Part shown: one piece after another, positions 57,062 to 64,000 of the stretch
Layout: each line of letters begins with the position of its first letter
Position numbering within the stretch: position 1 is the stretch's first letter
NCBI GenBank assembly: GCA_963674865.2
Contig: CAXXYE010000002.1
Coordinates: 160,001-224,000, forward strand
DNA: 64,000 bases
DNA from: Candidatus Hydrogenedentota bacterium
GTDB taxonomy: Bacteria > Hydrogenedentota > Hydrogenedentia > Hydrogenedentales > SLHB01
Direction: 5' to 3'
Position numbers and translations under genes: made by a program
Notes under the pieces: model-generated
The model's input: only the letters and a program-made list of their open reading frames with translations
Told to the model about the DNA's origin: nothing
Databases searched by the model: none

Positions 57062-58969
57062 ATGAAGTATAAGGTTGTTTCTCGTTTAGCCTCTGGTCTC
57101 GTTTGCGCTCTTCTTGCGGTGTCACTGTTGGGCTGTCCGCCGTCGGGTACGAAAGTCACCGTACCTGACGTCGTCGGTATGACGCAGTCCGCGGCGGAGG
57201 CAGCCATCGTTGCGGCGAGTCTCAGTGTAGGTACGGTTACGACCCAGGCCAGCGCCACGGTAGCCAGCGGGCAAGTCATCAGCCAGGATCCATCCGCGAG
57301 CAGCCAGGCCAACGCGAACAGCTCCGTTGATCTTGTCGTGTCTACCGGTGCGGCTACGGTCGAATTGCCGACGCATAACTTCACCGCAGATACGACGCTC
57401 GCCGCAGGCACCTATCTAGCTACCGGCAGCGTGAGTGTCACGAATTGCACCCTCACCCTCTCTCCCGGCGTCACGATCATCTTTGCGCAGGGCAAGGAGA
57501 TGACGGTGCAGCCCACGGGCCGGCTCTACGCGGTGGGCACGGCGGCCTCGCCGATTGTGCTTACAGGCCAGGAGGCCATCCGCGGCCACTGGGGCGGCCT
57601 GCGATTCTATGGCTCGAACTCCCTGACCAATCAGCTCGAATACGTGACGATTGAATACGGCGGTGGCTACTGGGACGCCAATCTGGTGGTGAACGGCTAC
57701 TCGAGCAGTGAAGCTCGCGTCAGCGTGGTCAATTGCACCTTGCAGCAAAGCGAGACGTACGGGCTCTACGTAAACTCCTACAGCGTTCTCACCGGCTTCT
57801 CGGGCAACACTATCACCGCGAATACCTCCGGCGCCGCCCAGATGGCCGCGGATGGCGCGGGTTATCTCGATGACACGAGCACGTACACCGGCAATGACGA
57901 GGACGTGGTCGAGATCTGGGGAAGCGCCGTGTCCATCGACGCTGCGTGGCCGGGCATTGACGCCGTGTATTACCCGACCGGAACAGTCACGGTGCAGGCC
58001 GAACTGACGCTTGACCCGGGCGTCTGGATCGCCTTCGGGTCAGGAGCGCAGATGGACGTCGATCCCAGCGGAGCGCTGATTGCGGTGGGTACCGATGAGG
58101 CCCCGATCCTGCTGACGGGCATGGAGCACGTGCGCGGCTACTGGGGCGGGCTCCGGTTTTACCAGACGAACTCGCCGGATAATCAACTCGACTATGTTAC
58201 CGTCGAGTATGGCGGCGGGTATTGGGACGCAAATGTCTTTGTCACGGGGTCGTCGGGCCATGCCTGCCAGGTAGCCATTACCAACAGCACACTTCAGGAA
58301 AGCTTGGAGTACGGCCTTCGCTGCAACTCCTCTTACAGCACGATTACGTCGTTTTCAGGAAACACGCTGACGGCCAATACCTCCGGCGCCGCCCTGCTGG
58401 ACGCCAGTTCTGCCGGGTACCTCGACGACACGAGCACGTATATCGGGAATGACTACGATGTCGTCGAAATCTCGGGCGGGGTAGTAGATGCCGATGCCAC
58501 GTGGGCCGGGCTCGACGCCGCCTATCTATGCACCGGCAGCCCGTCCATCGATGCCGACCTGGTTATTGAGCCGGGCGCGACTATCCTCTTCGAGTCCGGC
58601 GAGTATACGTCGGTCAATACCAATGGGAGCCTGTCTGCGGTGGGCACGGCGGCTTCGCCGATTGTCTTCTCTGGCGCGCAGGAGGTAGCGGGTTACTGGG
58701 GCGGCATTCGCTTCAACCAGACGAATTCGCCGAATAATCAGCTTGCCTATGCCACCGTCGAGTACGGCGGCGGCTATTATGACGCGAACGTATACATCAC
58801 GGGTTCTACGAGCTATCCGACTCAGGCGACGGTGGCTAATTGTCACGTCTCGGATAGCAGCAAATGGGGAATTCTCGTCAATACAGGTTATGCCACCGTG
58901 AACGCGGACATCACCACGGCCAACACTTTCGCCAACAATGCGAGCGGCAACGTCAGCCTCGTCAAATAG
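57062..58969 (+). CDS. Lipoprotein with a PASTA domain and three beta-helix-like repeats
   Basis: Lipobox LLGC; VPDVVG...GQVISQDP; three WGG(L/I)RF..NS..NQL.Y.T.EYGGG repeats. Confidence 0.85.
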   Translation: MKYKVVSRLASGLVCALLAVSLLGCPPSGTKVTVPDVVGMTQSAAEAAIVAASLSVGTVTTQASATVASGQVISQDPSASSQANANSSVDLVVSTGAATVELPTHNFTADTTLAAGTYLATGSVSVTNCTLTLSPGVTIIFAQGKEMTVQPTGRLYAVGTAASPIVLTGQEAIRGHWGGLRFYGSNSLTNQLEYVTIEYGGGYWDANLVVNGYSSSEARVSVVNCTLQQSETYGLYVNSYSVLTGFSGNTITANTSGAAQMAADGAGYLDDTSTYTGNDEDVVEIWGSAVSIDAAWPGIDAVYYPTGTVTVQAELTLDPGVWIAFGSGAQMDVDPSGALIAVGTDEAPILLTGMEHVRGYWGGLRFYQTNSPDNQLDYVTVEYGGGYWDANVFVTGSSGHACQVAITNSTLQESLEYGLRCNSSYSTITSFSGNTLTANTSGAALLDASSAGYLDDTSTYIGNDYDVVEISGGVVDADATWAGLDAAYLCTGSPSIDADLVIEPGATILFESGEYTSVNTNGSLSAVGTAASPIVFSGAQEVAGYWGGIRFNQTNSPNNQLAYATVEYGGGYYDANVYITGSTSYPTQATVANCHVSDSSKWGILVNTGYATVNADITTANTFANNASGNVSLVK

Positions 58970-58992
58970 TCCGTCGATAGGGAAACGGCTTG

Positions 58993-59022
58993 GGGCAGGC
59001 CTGTGTGGCCTGCCCTTTTCTT
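58993..59022 (+). terminator. Rho-independent terminator
   Basis: GGGCAGGCC-TGTGT-GGCCTGCCC stem-loop followed by TTTTCTT. Confidence 0.75.
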
Positions 59023-59100
59023 GTGGGCCTGGCGGGTAAGGTAGGTTACAATGGCCGGGTGTGCGCGGTGGCTGCAAGCAAGGAGGAGAAGAAAGGCAGT

Positions 59101-60534
59101 ATGCAGAGTCCATCGTTCAGCCGACGCGAGTTCATGCGAATGGCAGGTGCGGGCGTGGGCGCTGCGGCCTTGGGCGGGTGTGCGACCTTGCGGACGCGGC
59201 GCCAAGCGGCACGTCCCAACGTGCTGTTCATGTGCATCGACGATCTCAATGATTGGACGGGCTGTCTGGGAGGCCATCCGGATGCTAGAACGCCCAACAT
59301 CGACCGGCTTGCGTCTCAGGGCGTGCTGTTCACGAACGCCTTCTGCGCGGCCCCGGCGTGCAATCCGTCGCGAACCGCCGTGCTGACAGGCGTTCGCCCA
59401 TCTACCTCGGGCGTCTACATCAACAAGCAGCCCTGGCGGGAGAACGCGATGCTGCGGGACGCCGTCACCATGCCTCAGCATTTCATGGCGCATGGCTATA
59501 CGGCCCTTGGCAGCGGCAAGATCTTCCACGGGCTTGACCCCGACCCGCCCTCCTGGGACGCCTACTGGCCTTCAATGACGGAGGCGATGCCTCCCGAGCT
59601 TACGCCGCCGAAGGAGCTTCTTCCTCTGAACGGCATCCCCGATGCGCGTCAGTTCGACTGGGGGCCAATCGACGTATCCAATGAGGCGATGGCGGACTGG
59701 CAGGTGGCCGATTGGGTGATTGAGCAGCTCCATCGGCCCTATGATAGGCCCTTCTTCTTGGGGTGCGGGATCTTCCGGCCACACCTTCCGTGGTATGTTC
59801 CACGTGAGTACTTCGACATGTACCCCCTCGAAACGCTCACGCTGCCCAACGTGAAGGAAGACGACTTGGACGACGTCCCTCCGATGGGGCGCGCAATGGC
59901 CCGAACACATGACAATGCGAGGGTGTTGAAATACGGCCAATGGCGCGAAGCCGTCCAAGGATATCTTGCCAGCATCACGTTCGCGGACGCGTGCGTGGGC
60001 CGCGTGCTCGATGCACTGGCCGACAGCCCTTACGCCGGAAATACGGTCGTGGTCTTGTGGTCCGATCACGGGTGGCACCTCGGCGAGAAGCTCCATTGGC
60101 GAAAATACGCGTTGTGGGAAGAGGCCACGCACAATGTGCTGGTCTTTGCGGGGGCCGGCGTCGGGAACGCCGGAATGGCTTGCGATGTGCCCGTCAGTCT
60201 TCTGGACCTTTACTCGACTTTGAACGCCCTCTGCGGACTCTCTCAGCGGGAGGAGCTGGAAGGCGACAGTCTTGTGCCGCTGCTCGATGATCCCGCGGCG
60301 GGCGTGGAGCGGGCCGTTGTGACCACGAACGGCTGGAACAATCATTCGGTGCGGTCGCGGGATTGGCGTTACACACGCTACGCCGATGGCGGCGAGGAAC
60401 TCTACGATCACCGTAGCGATCCGCTTGAATGGTGGAATCTCGCCGGGGAGCCTACTTGCACGGGGGTGAAGCGAGAACTTGCCGGGTGGTTGCCGAAAGA
60501 GAACGCGCCGCCGGACCCACCATTGCCGGCATAG
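59101..60534 (+). CDS. Tat-exported sulfatase (iduronate/choline sulfatase-like)
   Basis: SRREF signal; PNVLFMCIDDL; CNPSR formylglycine motif; SDHGWHLGEK. Confidence 0.92.
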   Translation: MQSPSFSRREFMRMAGAGVGAAALGGCATLRTRRQAARPNVLFMCIDDLNDWTGCLGGHPDARTPNIDRLASQGVLFTNAFCAAPACNPSRTAVLTGVRPSTSGVYINKQPWRENAMLRDAVTMPQHFMAHGYTALGSGKIFHGLDPDPPSWDAYWPSMTEAMPPELTPPKELLPLNGIPDARQFDWGPIDVSNEAMADWQVADWVIEQLHRPYDRPFFLGCGIFRPHLPWYVPREYFDMYPLETLTLPNVKEDDLDDVPPMGRAMARTHDNARVLKYGQWREAVQGYLASITFADACVGRVLDALADSPYAGNTVVVLWSDHGWHLGEKLHWRKYALWEEATHNVLVFAGAGVGNAGMACDVPVSLLDLYSTLNALCGLSQREELEGDSLVPLLDDPAAGVERAVVTTNGWNNHSVRSRDWRYTRYADGGEELYDHRSDPLEWWNLAGEPTCTGVKRELAGWLPKENAPPDPPLPA

Positions 60535-60831
60535 CTTTGCTCTGATCTTGAGAACATCTCCGACTCCCGCTATGATGTGAATTGCCTTGAGTGTGGCGTC
60601 CGCAAGGACTCGCGTAGGACTTCGGTTGAGGGAACGGGCTCTTCTGATGCAAGACCTCTCGCCGAGAACGCTGTGCACATGAGTGTCTCCTGCTTATCGC
60701 AGGACAGCACCGTAGGCCGCCTCCTTGATCCTTTTCCAAAGACGTCTCCCCACACTCGCGGCAACGCTGCGGGCGGTCTAGCGCAATATGGGCGTAGCGC
60801 TGGCCGCGGGATGTTGAGGCGTTCGGGTGCA

Positions 60832-62016
60832 ATGCGTTACGTCGTGCTCGCGCTCCTCTCTGCAGTTTCCCTGAAGGCGGCGGCAACGGAAGGGGTGTTC
60901 CTGCCCGGCAACGGGCCCATTCAACGCAGTCGTGCCGGCGCCGGCGCCGCAAGCCCTCGTGACGCCTCATGGATGCAACTGAATCCGGCCACGATCACCC
61001 GTCTTGAAAGGCGGATAGATGTTGGGCTGGACGTCCTTCTCTCCGATGTGACATTGGCCCCGGGAGGCGTCATCGGAAATCACTCAGCCGGGGACCTGAC
61101 GGACGCGCAGTACTTCTTCATACCGTCCGTCGGCATCATCTGGCCCACGGATGATGCAGTCTTCGGCTTCGGACTCTACGCCCCTTCAGGTATAGGCGTG
61201 GATTACGCTGCGTCACGGGACGCCATCTCTCACTTCCTCCAGAATAATGCCGACCGCCGCCTCGATTATCGCCACATTCGATTAATAGCGGCTTGCGGAC
61301 ACGAACTGCGCGGAGGCTGGTCTATTGGGTTCAACGTGAATGTGAGTCTGTCCCGGTTTCGAACCGATAGCCTTACGCTCAGGCTGGTCCCGACTGAGGG
61401 CAGCAATGTGTGGGACGATGCTCTTGGCGCCGGCTTCTCTCTAGGAATCTACAAAGTATGGGACAGACTGGCTTTCGGCGCCTCATACCAGTCGCGGCAG
61501 TGGTCTCAGTCGTTTGACCGCTATGCGGACCTTCTCTGTTCTTGCCTGGACTTGCCCCAGTGTGTCCAGCTCGGAGTGGCGTATTCGTTGACCTCTTCCA
61601 TCGAGATCGCCGCGGACTACAAGTTCATCGATTGGGATCAGGTGGCTGTTACGGGGAAGGCTCCGCTCGCGGGGGGCTTCGGCTGGGAGGAGCAGCATCT
61701 GGCCAAACTGGGACTGGAATGGCGGTTGAACGAGCGCCTGACAGCGCGCGCGGGCATTTCCCACGGGAATTCTCCCATTTCCGAGGAACACATGTTTCTT
61801 AACGCCCTCGTGCCCGTGATCACGAAAGACGTCTTGGCTGTGGGAGTATCCTGGGCGGTTGACGAGCGCAACGAGGTCCATCTATCGTTTGCCCATGCGT
61901 TTGCGGCCACAGTCACGTCGCCTAGAGAGGGAGGCGTTTTCTCACTTCTGAGTGCCGGAACGTACACTCGACTTGAATATGACGCACTCACAGTAGGCTA
62001 TTCCCACAAGTTCTGA
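60832..62016 (+). CDS. FadL/OmpP1/TodX family outer-membrane transporter
   Basis: Signal peptide; RAGAG.A.P....LNPA; FGLYAPSG; C-terminal Phe. Confidence 0.8.
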   Translation: MRYVVLALLSAVSLKAAATEGVFLPGNGPIQRSRAGAGAASPRDASWMQLNPATITRLERRIDVGLDVLLSDVTLAPGGVIGNHSAGDLTDAQYFFIPSVGIIWPTDDAVFGFGLYAPSGIGVDYAASRDAISHFLQNNADRRLDYRHIRLIAACGHELRGGWSIGFNVNVSLSRFRTDSLTLRLVPTEGSNVWDDALGAGFSLGIYKVWDRLAFGASYQSRQWSQSFDRYADLLCSCLDLPQCVQLGVAYSLTSSIEIAADYKFIDWDQVAVTGKAPLAGGFGWEEQHLAKLGLEWRLNERLTARAGISHGNSPISEEHMFLNALVPVITKDVLAVGVSWAVDERNEVHLSFAHAFAATVTSPREGGVFSLLSAGTYTRLEYDALTVGYSHKF

Positions 62017-62030
62017 GGGGAGGAGAGCAG

Positions 62031-64000
62031 ATGGCCAGTGACGAAGCGGATCATTCGGAAGAAAGACTTGCCGAAGCGCTGGCCAAGGCGTCGTGGATGC
62101 GCCGCGACCACTTGGCGGCCAGCGTTACGGCGCTTGTCGCAATCGCGGTTCTGAACGCCCTCGGGCTGGCACATTCCGACATGGCCGGGATATTCATGGC
62201 CGCCGTGTTTGTGTCCTGCCTCAACCAACCTTACCCTTTCCTCGTTCGTCGGATCAGGAATGCCGATCTCCTCTTCACTTGGCACCTTGCGTTTGACGTT
62301 CTTGCCATCACGGCGGGGCTGCATTTTGTGGGCGGGGTGACCGCTCTCACCATGCTCCTCCTGTATCCTCTCGTGCTGATATATGGCGGAGGGCTTCTTA
62401 ATCGACTAAGGACTTTCGCCCTGGCCAATTTCGCCGGCGCGGCCTGTGTCGGACTGGTGAGCGCGGAGCACGCCGGTCTTATTGAGGCGGTGGACTCTTT
62501 TGACGCGGTCATACCTTCTCAGTCACGATTGGCCTGTGTTGTTCTCGCGTGGCCTCTCTTGAACGTTGTCGCGCATTTTGCAGCGGAAATGAGCAATTCT
62601 CTGCGTGCCAGGGAGAGCGAAGTGCGGGCGCGGAACCTGCAACTTCAGGAGGAGATCGCCGAGCGCGAACGCACCGAACAGGCACTGCGTCAGGCCAAGG
62701 CGGAGGCGGAGGCGGCGACACGGGCGAAGGCCGCGTTTCTCGCCAATATGAGCCATGAGATCCGTACGCCGATGAACGGCGTCATCGGCCTTGCGGGATT
62801 GCTCTTGGATACGGAGTTGACGCGCGAGCAACGGGACTATCTGAAGACTCTCACCTCCTCTGCCAACGCGCTTATGGCTATCCTCAACGACATACTTGAC
62901 TTGTCGAAGATCGAGGCGGGAAAACTCGACCTGGAGGTGATTGACTTTGACCTCCGGCTAACCGTGGAGGAGATAAGCGATATTCTTGCCATCAGGGCCC
63001 AGGACAAGGGACTTGAGTTTGTTTGTATGGTCGATCCTGAGGTGCCGTCCTGGGTCAGGGGCGACCCGGGGCGCATCCGCCAGGTGCTGGCGAACCTGAT
63101 CGGCAATGCGGTGAAGTTCACATCTCAAGGAGAGATAGTGGTTCGCGTAACCGCCATTGCGGAGACGGAGCAACACGTTACTCTCAGATTTGAGGTGGCG
63201 GACACGGGCGTGGGGATAGCGCCGGACAAGCTTGATTCCGTCTTCGAGGCCTTCAACCAGGCAGATGTCTCCACGACTCGCCAGTATGGCGGCACGGGGC
63301 TGGGGCTCAGTATAGTGAGAGAACTCGCCGAGATGATGGGGGGGGAGACGGGCGTCGAGAGTGAGTCCGAACAGGGCTCGACATTCTGGTTCACGGCGGT
63401 TCTAGAAAGACTCCCGGTTCCCGATACGGACGACTTCTCTGAAGACTTGGCGGAGTCACTCAAGAGAACGCGAATCCTGATCGTGGATGACAATGCGACG
63501 AACCGGCTCGTTTTGACGAGACTACTGGCATCTTGGGGGTGTCGCAGCGATGAGGCGGAGGGGGGCGGCGAGGCTTTGGCCAAGGCCATTGCCGGGGTCG
63601 AGGCCGGCGAGCCGTTCCAACTGGCCCTGGTGGACATGCAGATGCCCGGCATGGACGGGGAAACCTTTGGAAGGAAGGTTTTTGAGCACGACGCGCTACG
63701 CGACATGCTGCTTGTCGTCATGACTTCGGTCGGTCAGCGGGGCGATGTCGCGCGCCTTGAGGAGATCGGATTCGCCGCCTATCTGACCAAGCCTATCAAG
63801 CAGTCCATGCTCTATGACTGTCTAATAACGGTTGTGAACAAACGTACGGTTGAGTCGTCGCCGCATCCGCCTCGAATTGTGACGCGGCATAAGGTGGCGG
63901 AGGAGAAGAAGCGAAGAACGCGCATCTTGCTCGCCGAGGACAATCCCACGAATCAATTGGTGGCTCTGAAGATCCTGGAGAAGCTCGGTTATAGGGCCGA
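62031..64000 (+). CDS. Membrane hybrid sensor histidine kinase/response regulator (runs off the window)
   Basis: Manual translation: TM helices, FLANMSHEIRTPMNG, NLIGNAVKF, DTGVGI, YGGTGLGL, one receiver domain and the start of a second. Confidence 0.92.
   Translation, partial: MASDEADHSEERLAEALAKASWMRRDHLAASVTALVAIAVLNALGLAHSDMAGIFMAAVFVSCLNQPYPFLVRRIRNADLLFTWHLAFDVLAITAGLHFVGGVTALTMLLLYPLVLIYGGGLLNRLRTFALANFAGAACVGLVSAEHAGLIEAVDSFDAVIPSQSRLACVVLAWPLLNVVAHFAAEMSNSLRARESEVRARNLQLQEEIAERERTEQALRQAKAEAEAATRAKAAFLANMSHEIRTPMNGVIGLAGLLLDTELTREQRDYLKTLTSSANALMAILNDILDLSKIEAGKLDLEVIDFDLRLTVEEISDILAIRAQDKGLEFVCMVDPEVPSWVRGDPGRIRQVLANLIGNAVKFTSQGEIVVRVTAIAETEQHVTLRFEVADTGVGIAPDKLDSVFEAFNQADVSTTRQYGGTGLGLSIVRELAEMMGGETGVESESEQGSTFWFTAVLERLPVPDTDDFSEDLAESLKRTRILIVDDNATNRLVLTRLLASWGCRSDEAEGGGEALAKAIAGVEAGEPFQLALVDMQMPGMDGETFGRKVFEHDALRDMLLVVMTSVGQRGDVARLEEIGFAAYLTKPIKQSMLYDCLITVVNKRTVESSPHPPRIVTRHKVAEEKKRRTRILLAEDNPTNQLVALKILEKLGYRA

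Overview
GC-rich bacterial chromosome segment. Lipoproteins with a GCP lipobox, a PASTA-domain surface protein, and many glycoside hydrolases and sulfatases suggest a Hydrogenedentota-like host (inference only). There are three parts. (1) 1-8.7 kb and 33.4-64 kb are host genes: carbohydrate-active enzymes, a sulfatase, a sigma54/OrpR-like regulon (NifX, DUF5320, radical SAM, RACo, MBL-fold), an MttB-family methyltransferase, FadL and a hybrid histidine kinase. (2) About 8.8-33.3 kb is an island abutting the 3' end of tRNA-Pro(UGG). It holds a capsid-less, phage-satellite-like replication module (alpA, DUF669, primase, helicase, HTH, tyrosine integrase) and a complete type 1 BREX operon. A HEPN-like fusion gene and an ArdC-like metallopeptidase gene lie between pglX and pglZ, twin 18-bp palindromes flank the brxA promoter, and a GIY-YIG + ADP-ribosylglycohydrolase pair is transcribed divergently. 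(3) 36.3-39.8 kb is a rearranged patch with two broken RAYT (HUH/Y1) transposase genes and five copies of a 17-bp motif (GGGACAGACTACGAATT). Each motif copy carries a short tandem array, and several arrays end exactly at gene breakpoints. The patch is bracketed by a diverged ~300-bp direct duplication containing an unannotated 48-aa Cys-rich gene. Several single-base frameshifts in G/C runs may be sequencing errors. All family assignments come from motif recognition by eye; no database search was run.
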